Virus record (IMG/VR): IMGVR_UViG_3300027996_003878
Reading direction: 5' to 3' (one strand)
Length of the DNA stretch: 64,000 nucleotides
From: a virus
Taxonomy: Duplodnaviria; Caudoviricetes
Position 1 is the stretch's first letter. The number at the start of each line of letters is the position of its first letter. Under the pieces are notes generated by a model. It saw nothing but the letters and a program-made list of their open reading frames with translations. It had not been told where the DNA came from and did not search any database. The position numbers were made by a program, and so were the translations under genes. Below are positions 28,266-37,070 of the stretch, in pieces.

Positions 28266-28505
28266 TCACTTTATTACAACAACATCAATGGCCTTGTCTC
28301 GCCCTTCGTTGTTTTGCCCAATGCTAAATTCAACTTCATCTTCAGCTTTTAACGACTTAAACCCTTCACACTTTATATCTGAAAAATGAACAAATATGTC
28401 ATCCAATTTATTACCATCAGCATCTGTTCTCGATATAAACCCATAGCCAGCCTTTACATTAAACCAAACTACCTTACCCTTATATGTAGCACTTTCTTCC
28501 GACAT
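28266..28505 (-). CDS. csp: Cold-shock domain protein
   Basis: 79 aa; GKVVWFN.KAGYGFI (RNP1), IFVHFSDI (RNP2), GFKSL..EDEVEF. Confidence 0.93.
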   Translation of the reverse strand: MSEESATYKGKVVWFNVKAGYGFISRTDADGNKLDDIFVHFSDIKCEGFKSLKAEDEVEFSIGQNNEGRDKAIDVVVIK

Positions 28506-28559
28506 TATATCTCCATAAGAACAAATAAAATTATTTATACAATAATATTTATTTATGCG

Positions 28560-28841
28560 TTATTTTTCATCATTACCACCAATTATTGTATCATCAGCTC
28601 CCGGCAAAACAACTTGATCATTAACAACTAAAGGCCCACTGCACTGTAGGAACTTGTGCAACTCTACAAGACCCATAACAGATATATGCTTTCTTTCATT
28701 TTCATTTGTACATTTTTTTAATAACTTATCATATTTATTAAATATCATCTCAACATCATGACGGCAACCAAGCCGAGTGGCTGTATCTAAAACTCGCTTT
28801 CTTGATTCCGCTTCCGATCTTATCTTTTTATTTTTCTTCAT
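28560..28841 (-). CDS. Hypothetical protein
   Basis: 93-aa ORF between iscS and csp, same strand. Confidence 0.65.
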   Translation of the reverse strand: MKKNKKIRSEAESRKRVLDTATRLGCRHDVEMIFNKYDKLLKKCTNENERKHISVMGLVELHKFLQCSGPLVVNDQVVLPGADDTIIGGNDEK

Positions 28842-28848
28842 ATATTCC

Positions 28849-29943
28849 TTACTTTTTTAAATATATTTTAGACAATCTATCTACAAGATATAACGCATCA
28901 CTTGAGTCATACTGACCAAATGTAGATATTCTCAGGTAATCTTCGCCATTGCTTGGCCTTCCCAATTTTTGCATCAATGGGCTGCCTCCAGTGTACATGG
29001 AGCCACAAGCTGAGCCTAAACCAACATAAATTTTACTCTCAGATAACTTTAAAAGTAAGTCCATCCCTCCACCAGGAAACGGAGTGCGCACGAATGTTGT
29101 ATTTGGCGAGCGATTACTATCACTTCCTATGACTTCGAAACCAAGCTCTTTAAGGCTTTTCTCTAAAGTCATTTGAAAGTTACGCATTTTTTCCCTTCTA
29201 TATTCTAAAGTTGACAACGCCTCTTCTAAAGCAACCGCAGTGCCAACCACGCTGGCCACATCAGGAGTTCCGGGGCGATCAAGAAAATACCTACTACCAA
29301 GGCCAAAAGACCTCCATAAGTCTGTGTCTTTTATGTATATAAACCCAGCCATAAATCCTCCAAACTTATGGCCAGCAAAAACCCCAATATCTATATTATA
29401 ATCCGAAACTTTAAAAGGAACCTTGCCAATCGTTTGACTTAAATCAGATAACAAAAAGCTATCATTAAATTTTTCCAATGGTTGAATAATACCAGTTTCA
29501 TTTTGAACATGAATACAGCACACCCTTGAGCCCTTGGGTATGTTTTGATTTTTTAATACCCCATCTTTATCTACAGCCAACTCTCTTTTATTTCTGTAAT
29601 CCGCCATATAAGCGTCAAAAGACTGACTCATAGCAGGGTGTTCAGTGGGAGAGATAAATGCATTTTCCCAACAACCACTAGAATATCTTAAAATCTTACA
29701 TGCCCACTCGCAAGCCTGAGTGCAAGTTGATGTAATTACAATATTACTCGGACTTGCCGCGCCTATAGACTTTGCTATACGCGAACGAGCGTCCTCTAAC
29801 TTCATCGCAGCATCACGACCTATAGCAGAAGGAGAAAGGGGATGACCGTGACCAGCACGCGAAGAGATAAAGTCAGCATAGGCTGAAAGCGCTTTTTCAC
29901 TCAAAGGCACGTGAGCATTTGCATCTAAAAATAATTCTTTCAT
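28849..29943 (-). CDS. iscS: Cysteine desulfurase (IscS/NifS class V PLP enzyme), divergent
   Basis: 364 aa; LFLDANA, TEHPAM, HVQNETGIIQP, GHKFGG (PLP Lys), RPGTPDV, GSAC (catalytic Cys), LRIS. Confidence 0.88.
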   Translation of the reverse strand: MKELFLDANAHVPLSEKALSAYADFISSRAGHGHPLSPSAIGRDAAMKLEDARSRIAKSIGAASPSNIVITSTCTQACEWACKILRYSSGCWENAFISPTEHPAMSQSFDAYMADYRNKRELAVDKDGVLKNQNIPKGSRVCCIHVQNETGIIQPLEKFNDSFLLSDLSQTIGKVPFKVSDYNIDIGVFAGHKFGGFMAGFIYIKDTDLWRSFGLGSRYFLDRPGTPDVASVVGTAVALEEALSTLEYRREKMRNFQMTLEKSLKELGFEVIGSDSNRSPNTTFVRTPFPGGGMDLLLKLSESKIYVGLGSACGSMYTGGSPLMQKLGRPSNGEDYLRISTFGQYDSSDALYLVDRLSKIYLKK

Positions 29944-30028
29944 AGTTGGTATTTATTTTTAGATGCAATTAATCGAACTATTTGCTATTTAAAATTGAAA
30001 TAATAAAATTAAAATTCAATAAAAATAA

Positions 30029-30337
30029 CTAGACGGCCGCCCAGCCTTCTATTCGTATAGTAGCTGACATGCCAGCTGTAAGTCTAAACCATATAAATGA
30101 CACTCTTCTATTATTAAATATAAGATTCTGGCTCTCTGCCCCTGTAACCATATCGCCATGCAAGACATTACCGTTAAAAGAGTACTCAACATCGCCAGGC
30201 CCTTCATTCATCATCGTAAAGTTTTGAAGGTGTTTTATGTTAAAAACAACTTGAGCCTCAGCCGGGAAACTCCCGTTAGTTATTACAATTTTTCTAAAAA
30301 AATTAAAATCTGCACCTTGATTTATTTTACCAACCAT
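30029..30337 (-). CDS. Small beta-rich virion-associated protein, paralog B
   Basis: 102 aa, about 54% identical by eye alignment to 34604..34909. Confidence 0.75.
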   Translation of the reverse strand: MVGKINQGADFNFFRKIVITNGSFPAEAQVVFNIKHLQNFTMMNEGPGDVEYSFNGNVLHGDMVTGAESQNLIFNNRRVSFIWFRLTAGMSATIRIEGWAAV

Positions 30338-30343
30338 AAGTAA
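30290..30343. repeat. 54-bp exact direct repeat, copy 1
   Basis: ttttctaaaaaaattaaaatctgcaccttgatttattttaccaaccataagtaa, identical at 34862..34915. Confidence 0.9.
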
Positions 30344-30351
30344 ACTCCTTA

Positions 30352-32643
30352 TTACAACAAGCCCTTGCCATCACTCCAGTATACTCCTTCAATAATCACA
30401 CCCCACGAGATAGTATTCGGGGAATTAGGATTAACAGTATCTAGCTTCAACCGTATAGCAATTAAATCATCTTCATAAAAATCTGAAACATCATACGGTC
30501 CAAATTCAATTCTTTGTGCTTTATTTGGATCTGTAAAGTTAACAGTTGCAATATCGAATTGAGCCGCATAACTATCAAATGCCCGTGTATTAGCTAAAGT
30601 TCTTGGTATTGGAGTTATTCCACCCGCAGGATCCGCAACAAGCACGCCTTGTACTTCAATAGGCATTAGCGAAATAGCAAAATCATCACCTGCGGCATCG
30701 GTAGTGCGAGGGCTATAAATTAAAATTATATTTAACGGATAACTTGTATCCAGACCACGAGGTATGGTAAATTGGACGTAAAGCGCATCACTTGCACCGC
30801 CAAAGGTCGCCTGATCAATATCATGATTCCAACCTGTATTTCCTCCGCCTGTACCAATTGGAACTGATGCATTCGTCACCGTTCCATCTTCTGACCAAAT
30901 ATTACCAGCAGAAATAACCGTACCGCGCCATCGACCTAACCCAGAGCCTAACCTTTCTCCAACTTCATTAATACGTGTAGTAGATTCTTCAAGACAAAGG
31001 CGCTCCCATACAGGCGCTACAGACACAACTACATCAATTCTCCATCGAACCCAATAAGCGGTAACACCTAAAATAGTCGTAGTTTGCCAGTTTGTATCAT
31101 CATCAATGCCAAACGCATTAGCTTCTTCAGAATTTGCCCTAATAAACGGGTTGTTGCCATATCGGAAAAGCTGCTCGGTACTATAACCTAATGTACCTAT
31201 AGCCACCCAAGCAGCTCCATCCCATACTTCACATTTATATGACCCACCAACGCCGGCTGTTGTTTGGGCAAATCGATGACCCCAATGCTTCAAAGGATTA
31301 CCTGCCGGATCAACCCTTTCACTGCATACATAAATACAATGATTAGCCGCCGTGCCCTGATAAGAAAACGTAGATGAACTTCTACTTTGAGCTGCTGTCG
31401 TTACATCAGTCAAGTTGCCGCCCAAGGTTGTGCTTGTAGCAGTTGAATCGCTAGTAATCACCCTAATACCTTGACTATAATACTCCCCTTTACCCACAGT
31501 CAAAGAAGAGCCCAACTCTGGAAAGCCAAGACTCAAATTCCCTCCGATTAACCTTTGCGCCGGATCGAAGAGCAAATCCGCCTCTTGATTAAACTGCAAA
31601 ACGAAATCAGTATTTCCTGCCGCTGCTGGGGGAAAAGAAAATAAAGGCTGAAGGATTGTCCCTAAAATACGAACAATCGAACCAATTCCTGTTAAAAGCG
31701 GATCAACCAAAACGGAAAGCGTAACATTACCAATTCGACCGCCTATCAATGTTATTGAAGGACCGTCAGAAGTTAAATGCACCGCATTTGTACAATTAAA
31801 AATATTCGGAGAGTAAATTCGCGCTGTTGGCGTGCCAACACCGCCCAAAACAATAGCATCTACACAGTTAGGGTTTCCAATATTAAATCCCTGACACTGG
31901 TAAATGCCATTATCTTGAATAGAAATCATAGAAGCAATGGCGCCAGCGCTGTCCGGCAGGTGAACATCATCGAGTGCAAGAACTCCGCTATCAACTAGCT
32001 GGTACGAGTTAAGTCCTCCAAGCTCACAGCGAATATTTCCGCCAATCAACTTACCAGTGCCAGTTTTAAATATTCCAACACCTAATCCAGCACCACCCGT
32101 ACCCTCAATATTTATAGCCACAACAGAGCCTGTCCCAGCGTTATGAACAAGTCCAGCAAAAGCTCCAGCTGGAACTTTTATAGTAATCCCCTCAATCGCA
32201 GAATCTGCTCCCATTGTAATAATATCAGCTGTCCCAGCATTATCGCCAATATCAGTGACAGTCCACCCTGATCCTCGAAGAAGCACGCCAGGCGGAACTA
32301 AAAGGCCATCTTCCGTATATGTTCCCGGACGTACTTCTACTATGTCTCCAGCAGTAGCGATAGCCAAAGCTGCACCCACTGTAAGAAAAGGTAAGTCCTG
32401 CCTGTCAGCTGCGCCAGTGGCATCATTCCCGTAGACGGAGTCTACCCAGATTGAATCTCCAGTAAAAGTTCCAGAAAAACTAGGGAATGCCTGGTAAGCG
32501 CCGCCAAATGCTGAAACCTCCGCGTCGCCAGTTAATTGGTTTGCCCTAATCCTAACGCTAGTTGCAGATGAAACGGCTGCACTCTGACCGTCATCAAGCT
32601 CAATTACCTCTGACCCTGAAGGCCCTTTCGTTGAGATAGCCAT
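30352..32643 (-). CDS. Fibre/appendage protein with beta-helix domain
   Basis: About 763 aa from the ATG at 32643 (track uses GTG 32646); IWVDSVYGNDATG..PFLTVGAAL..AGDIVEVRPGTY entry motif; Gly-rich beta repeats. Confidence 0.6.
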   Translation of the reverse strand: MAISTKGPSGSEVIELDDGQSAAVSSATSVRIRANQLTGDAEVSAFGGAYQAFPSFSGTFTGDSIWVDSVYGNDATGAADRQDLPFLTVGAALAIATAGDIVEVRPGTYTEDGLLVPPGVLLRGSGWTVTDIGDNAGTADIITMGADSAIEGITIKVPAGAFAGLVHNAGTGSVVAINIEGTGGAGLGVGIFKTGTGKLIGGNIRCELGGLNSYQLVDSGVLALDDVHLPDSAGAIASMISIQDNGIYQCQGFNIGNPNCVDAIVLGGVGTPTARIYSPNIFNCTNAVHLTSDGPSITLIGGRIGNVTLSVLVDPLLTGIGSIVRILGTILQPLFSFPPAAAGNTDFVLQFNQEADLLFDPAQRLIGGNLSLGFPELGSSLTVGKGEYYSQGIRVITSDSTATSTTLGGNLTDVTTAAQSRSSSTFSYQGTAANHCIYVCSERVDPAGNPLKHWGHRFAQTTAGVGGSYKCEVWDGAAWVAIGTLGYSTEQLFRYGNNPFIRANSEEANAFGIDDDTNWQTTTILGVTAYWVRWRIDVVVSVAPVWERLCLEESTTRINEVGERLGSGLGRWRGTVISAGNIWSEDGTVTNASVPIGTGGGNTGWNHDIDQATFGGASDALYVQFTIPRGLDTSYPLNIILIYSPRTTDAAGDDFAISLMPIEVQGVLVADPAGGITPIPRTLANTRAFDSYAAQFDIATVNFTDPNKAQRIEFGPYDVSDFYEDDLIAIRLKLDTVNPNSPNTISWGVIIEGVYWSDGKGLL

Positions 32644-32798
32644 CACCTTACCTCGTAAATTCTAATTGGATGATCTTTTGGAAAAAAAAGCGTATACTTA
32701 CCATCCCCAAGGACGAGTCTTACAATTGAATTAGGATTGGCAGCTCGGGCAGCGTCAAACTCATTAAGGTTTAATATATCAACAATATTCATACTCAT
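32643..32798 (-). CDS. Small protein missed by ORF track (51 aa)
   Basis: MSMNIVDILNLNEFDAARAANPNSIVRLVLGDGKYTLFFPKDHPIRIYEVR; ATGA overlap with the upstream stop and TGATG overlap with the downstream start. Confidence 0.7.
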   Translation of the reverse strand: MSMNIVDILNLNEFDAARAANPNSIVRLVLGDGKYTLFFPKDHPIRIYEVR

Positions 32799-34603
32799 AG
32801 CTCACCTATAAAAGCTGCATGGCTAAAATCATTAGCTGGCAATCCCGCAAAGTCACTTTGTACGGAGCCAACAAGGACATCAGATAAAGCTGATCCAGCC
32901 ACTTGAAATCGAGTTGTTGCAGGAACTTCAAATACCAAGACCCCACCAGATTGAACTTCTATAGCATGATCAAGCGAATTGCCAAGACCCCACACAATAC
33001 CAGAGCTTATCACCTCTATTGTTCCAAACTCTTCTGCACGAAGAACTCTTGCCGCCGCACCTAGACTAATCAAATCTAGAACGCACCATTCGCCGCTTAT
33101 TAAAACCTTACCTGAATCCGCAGCAGAAATCGCCTTATCAACAACTGGACCACCAGCTGCCTGCTGACCAATGTTTCTAGAAAAAACATTCAACCTTGCA
33201 GCAGAACTAGAAACTGGAGTAGCGGAAAGGAACCAATTTGCATATAAAGAAAGACTGCAATTAAGAATCTGCGGTCTATCTGTAGAGTTTATTTTCGAGG
33301 CATATACTCCATTACCAAATGTACCGCCCCCTTGATAAAACATTTGATTGCACTCAATATCACAATATGTAAACGATAACGTTCCTCCATATACTTGAAT
33401 TTGTACATCAAAACCCCCCGGACTACGTAAGGCGAGGTCTCGAAAATAAGTGAACCCATCATTGACTTGAGTTATTTTTCCCGTAATCGATGTTAAAGTA
33501 ACTACATCATAAGTATCAGTCACACTAGGATCCGACAAAACAAATGTTGTATCATCAAAAAAACCAGAATACCTAGCGGTTTTAGCAACAGGCTCTAAAG
33601 TTAACCATGAAGCAGCGCCAGCATTTGCTCCACTTGTTAAAACACAAAGATTTCCAATACCACCACTAGCAGTGAAACTTACAGGCAAGGCTGCATCGTC
33701 AAAAGTACCTGCCGTAGTGCCGGTCACCCAAGGCGTTACTCCTGTAACACTACCAGAAAAAACCACAGTACGCTGCCCCTTATAGGTTATTGACCCATAC
33801 GGAGTAACTTGAGATACAGAAGCTGTGTTTTCAATGTCACCTACATAGTTAGAGGTGAATGTTACAGTCATATCTACTTCAAGAGGCTGATCTTGATCAG
33901 CAATACGTCTTTGAAATTCTTCATGACTAGCTAAAGCAGTTACAGCAGTGTTTCCGTCATTTTCATCGTCACCAGCTGCTTGATCAATAAACCAAGATGA
34001 TTGTTGACGCCAAGACAAGTGACTCTGAACCATTCTAATCCAACGACCAATACCCCCACTCGCTGTAATTACCGTAATCCCATCATCAACAAGAGTTGAC
34101 GTTTTATCTAGATACCACAGATCTCTAACAGATCTCATTGAAACAACAGAGCCATCATCAAGAGCTGCAATGCTAAGAGAACCTAACGCCATAACATTAG
34201 CAACAGCTAACAACGGCAGTGTAGTTGGCACCGGACCACCACCGCCGCCAGTAAATTGAGTAAATGTTAAAGGTGTAACCCCAACATCAATAGGATCAGG
34301 CGTTGATAGGTAATACAACTGACCTGCCTGCGTTCCCTCATTGCAAATTACCGCAAACCCAGATGTAACCAAGGCATTCGTACCAGCGTCAGGAGCCCTT
34401 CTCCAAGCACCAGCTGAAGCTAAGTAAACCCCATTTTCCACAGGATCAAGCTGATCTTTTAATAAGATCCTATCACCAGCAGCAGTAGGAACTCCATCTA
34501 CAGCAATTAAACCTCCCGTAGCAATATCTATATTGCCAGTAGAAGCAAGCCTAACGCTGTCCTTCCAGTCAATAGTACCAGGTATTCTTCCAAATGAAGA
34601 CAT
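32795..34603 (-). CDS. Fibre protein with WKDSVRLA..GDRILLKDQ..ENGVY N-terminal module
   Basis: 602 aa; the N-terminal module is a common phage fibre anchor; a GGGGG linker precedes a variable beta-rich region. Confidence 0.65.
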   Translation of the reverse strand: MSSFGRIPGTIDWKDSVRLASTGNIDIATGGLIAVDGVPTAAGDRILLKDQLDPVENGVYLASAGAWRRAPDAGTNALVTSGFAVICNEGTQAGQLYYLSTPDPIDVGVTPLTFTQFTGGGGGPVPTTLPLLAVANVMALGSLSIAALDDGSVVSMRSVRDLWYLDKTSTLVDDGITVITASGGIGRWIRMVQSHLSWRQQSSWFIDQAAGDDENDGNTAVTALASHEEFQRRIADQDQPLEVDMTVTFTSNYVGDIENTASVSQVTPYGSITYKGQRTVVFSGSVTGVTPWVTGTTAGTFDDAALPVSFTASGGIGNLCVLTSGANAGAASWLTLEPVAKTARYSGFFDDTTFVLSDPSVTDTYDVVTLTSITGKITQVNDGFTYFRDLALRSPGGFDVQIQVYGGTLSFTYCDIECNQMFYQGGGTFGNGVYASKINSTDRPQILNCSLSLYANWFLSATPVSSSAARLNVFSRNIGQQAAGGPVVDKAISAADSGKVLISGEWCVLDLISLGAAARVLRAEEFGTIEVISSGIVWGLGNSLDHAIEVQSGGVLVFEVPATTRFQVAGSALSDVLVGSVQSDFAGLPANDFSHAAFIGEL

Positions 34604-34909
34604 TTACATTTGACTCCATGCTTCTACCCTAACAATCTGACCTGGCGTTCTAGCGCGGAACCAAATAAAACTAACTCTACGGTTATCAAAAAATATAGCA
34701 CCAGTTGATGTTCCAGGGGTCAAATCACCATGCAAGACATTCCCATTAAACGAATACTCAACAATATCGTTCCCCTCATTTACTAATGAAAATGAAACTT
34801 GGTACTTAATATCAAATATAATATTCGCTTCATTAGGGAAATTAGGTGTATTAACAGTAACTTTTCTAAAAAAATTAAAATCTGCACCTTGATTTATTTT
34901 ACCAACCAT
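34604..34909 (-). CDS. Small beta-rich virion-associated protein, paralog A
   Basis: 101 aa; first 16 aa identical to 30029..30337. Confidence 0.75.
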   Translation of the reverse strand: MVGKINQGADFNFFRKVTVNTPNFPNEANIIFDIKYQVSFSLVNEGNDIVEYSFNGNVLHGDLTPGTSTGAIFFDNRRVSFIWFRARTPGQIVRVEAWSQM

Positions 34910-34915
34910 AAGTAA
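34862..34915. repeat. 54-bp exact direct repeat, copy 2
   Basis: Identical to 30290..30343. Confidence 0.9.
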
Positions 34916-35018
34916 TTCCTTGCTACTTAGCCACCTAAATATATGGTTACTAATTAGTATATAAATATCGACAAACGGTAAGGGTTATTGTAAATAATAT
35001 TAAGAGGTTGAGGTAAAT

Positions 35019-35050
35019 AAAAAAGCCCTCTCGAATGAGAGGGCTTTTTT
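35019..35050 (-). terminator. Intrinsic terminator after major capsid gene
   Basis: aaaaaagccctctc-gaat-gagagggctttttt; stem flanked by A and T tracts. Confidence 0.9.
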
Positions 35051-35071
35051 ATCTATTTAACTTAATTGATA

Positions 35072-36076
35072 TTAAGCAACAGACTTGTTGCCACGAGCAA
35101 CACCACGCGGGTTGGTGATGCCAATGCCAATGATTTCGCTGACAACCCAGCCAAGCTTAAGCTGCTTAGGCTCATCAGCCGGAAGGACCTCAATGTCCTG
35201 ACGAACAGGCATAACACCAACGAACTCAGGGTCAGCGCAAGCGTAAACAGTTCCAGGCGGAACAATCTTGCTAACCATGATGTCAGAGCCCCAAACGTGA
35301 GCATAAAGGCCGGTCTGAAGGATCTCGCGCTGCGTGACAGGATCAACCTCGCCACCGCCGGCACCCTGGCCACCGCCGGAAGCCCAGTTAAGGATATCAG
35401 TGAACTCGTTGATGTTCATGAAGAACTTGCTGGTGACAAGGTCCCAGCGATCAACTTGCTGCTTAAGCTCAACAAGATCGCGCTTAAGCATACCACCGTC
35501 AGCGATATCCTGACTTGTATTCTCAACGTCAGCAGCTGCATCGATAGCGGCGAAAACGTTTGCATCCTCTTGTGCCATGATCTCCTGACGAGCCTTCTGA
35601 ACTGCGCGGTCGATGACGTTAAAGCGGCGACGCTTGACCTCAGCGATACGAACAGTGGGGTTTGAGTAAAGCTCAAACTCAGGAACCGTAACACGATCAC
35701 CGAAAACTCGGCTCTCAGGACCCGTGCCATTGCTTGAAACAACAACAGCCGCAACATCAATATCACGATCATAAACAGGAAGGGCGCCTTGCGGTAACGG
35801 ATCGACTACAAGTGCTCTACGAGCAATTCCCTGATAATCTAGGTTTCGACGGATGGGGTTAGCCATTGCCTGAGCAAGAGCAACCTTGCCCTCATGAGTC
35901 ATGATAGCGCGTGAAATTAACTCATCACGCTGCTCAGCATTAAGGCCAGGCTGACCTGCGAGTGCAAGATTTGAGGGCGCATTGTCCTCTAAAATTGCAG
36001 CATACTTAGTAAGAGTCGTAAGCGCGTCCTTTAATGAGGAAGCGTTTAACTCTCCTTTTGAATTAAACATTGACAT
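35072..36076 (-). CDS. Major capsid protein (HK97 fold)
   Basis: 334 aa, high-expression GC-richer codon usage, follows protease/scaffold and decoration genes, ends at a strong terminator; RRNLDYQGIARRALVVDPLPQG and C-terminal GWVVSEIIGIGITNPRGV. Confidence 0.88.
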   Translation of the reverse strand: MSMFNSKGELNASSLKDALTTLTKYAAILEDNAPSNLALAGQPGLNAEQRDELISRAIMTHEGKVALAQAMANPIRRNLDYQGIARRALVVDPLPQGALPVYDRDIDVAAVVVSSNGTGPESRVFGDRVTVPEFELYSNPTVRIAEVKRRRFNVIDRAVQKARQEIMAQEDANVFAAIDAAADVENTSQDIADGGMLKRDLVELKQQVDRWDLVTSKFFMNINEFTDILNWASGGGQGAGGGEVDPVTQREILQTGLYAHVWGSDIMVSKIVPPGTVYACADPEFVGVMPVRQDIEVLPADEPKQLKLGWVVSEIIGIGITNPRGVARGNKSVA

Positions 36077-36089
36077 AATTTTTTTTACT

Positions 36090-36178
36090 CCAAAGTGAAG
36101 AGGTTACCTGCCTAAGCCAGTACCCTCGATTTATATGTTTAGAAGGCAGAGGCCTGCTATTCACAGGCCCCTTACCAT
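36090..36178 (-). promoter_or_regulatory. Two predicted hairpins in the leader of the capsid gene
   Basis: GGUA-AGGGGCCUG/CAGGCCUCU-GCC stem, then a GAGG..CUG/CAG..CCUC stem, then a GGAG RBS. Confidence 0.4.
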
Positions 36179-36231
36179 GCTTAACTAATAAGTTAAGAAA
36201 CTAAGCAAACTAAATAAGCTAAAATTATAGC

Positions 36232-36909
36232 TTAAAGCTCAGGATTCCAGTGGAATATAGCCTCGACAAATTGCGCCGCCGGAGCTGCTGCGCCCGGAGG
36301 AGAATTTTGCGCCTGAGTAAGGCTAAGAGGTGTTGTAACCAAAGAGCCGCTTGTAGCGAACTCAATGAAACGACCAAGAACAACAACCTCGAATGCGCTA
36401 CCTGCATCGGGGGTCAAAAGACCAGCAGCTGTTGCGAAAAGCGGGTCTCCACCAGCAAGAGCCGGGTTCGTGGGAAGAAGGCCACTATTGACCGTTGTAT
36501 CACAAGCATCCAATGTAACAGCATAAAGACCGGGCTTGTCCCAAAGAGTCCACTTACCAGAAGCTGTAGCTGTGTGCGGACCAAGAGCAGCACCGCCAGT
36601 TACGGTACGACCAGCGAGACCACCAACAACCTCACCAAACAATGTGCCATAATTTGTTGCACCGTCATCAGTGAGGAACAGCGGACGAGCGCCACCTGCC
36701 AATGTAGTCGTAGCAACAGGGCGGGTGTTATTTGATGCAACATAACCGTCCTCGATATCTGAAGCAGCTTCGTCTGTGCCGCCTGATGCAAGAGTTGCAA
36801 CAAAATCAAGAGTTGCAACCTCACCACCAAGGATAGTATTTGTCTGAGCGTCAAGCGCGTCAAACTGACCAAGAGGCTGAATACCGGGGTTTAAAATTCT
36901 TAAAGCCAT
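36232..36909 (-). CDS. Head decoration / minor capsid protein
   Basis: 225 aa, Ala/Gly/Thr-rich, directly upstream of MCP; LFLTDDG and PLFATAAGLLT motifs shared with 44208..44900. Confidence 0.65.
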   Translation of the reverse strand: MALRILNPGIQPLGQFDALDAQTNTILGGEVATLDFVATLASGGTDEAASDIEDGYVASNNTRPVATTTLAGGARPLFLTDDGATNYGTLFGEVVGGLAGRTVTGGAALGPHTATASGKWTLWDKPGLYAVTLDACDTTVNSGLLPTNPALAGGDPLFATAAGLLTPDAGSAFEVVVLGRFIEFATSGSLVTTPLSLTQAQNSPPGAAAPAAQFVEAIFHWNPEL

Positions 36910-37014
36910 ATCAATTCCTTTTTTTAGTACGTTAGTGTACTAATTATTTTGTTTCTTTCTTTCATCTAAGTCTTACGATATATCAATGAGAATAAAAATT
37001 TCTCATTATTATGA

Positions 37015-37028
37015 GCGTTTATTAGTAA
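37015..37028 (-). promoter_or_regulatory. Candidate late-promoter motif TTACTAATAAACGC, copy 1
   Basis: Exact 14-mer repeated at 43747..43760; both copies are intergenic and upstream of minus-strand head genes. Confidence 0.5.
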
Positions 37029-37070
37029 TAACAACAGCTTTCAATATCAAATTGAATTTATTATATAAAT

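Noticed and set aside
12729-34603. Diversity-generating retroelement targeting the fibre genes
   Set aside because: No reverse transcriptase and no ~100-bp repeat pair differing only at adenines was noticed; the 54-bp repeat is exact and at 5' ends.
35062-36872. Long antisense or alternate-frame ORFs over capsid and decoration genes (35066..35665, 35416..35772, 36250..36735)
   Set aside because: Shadows of GC-richer, codon-biased genes; no RBS or recognisable motifs.
36910-37070. Hairpins AATGAGAA/TTCTCATT and TTAGTAC/GTACTAA as an ncRNA
   Set aside because: Short AT-rich stems are expected by chance; insufficient support beyond the promoter-like motif already listed.
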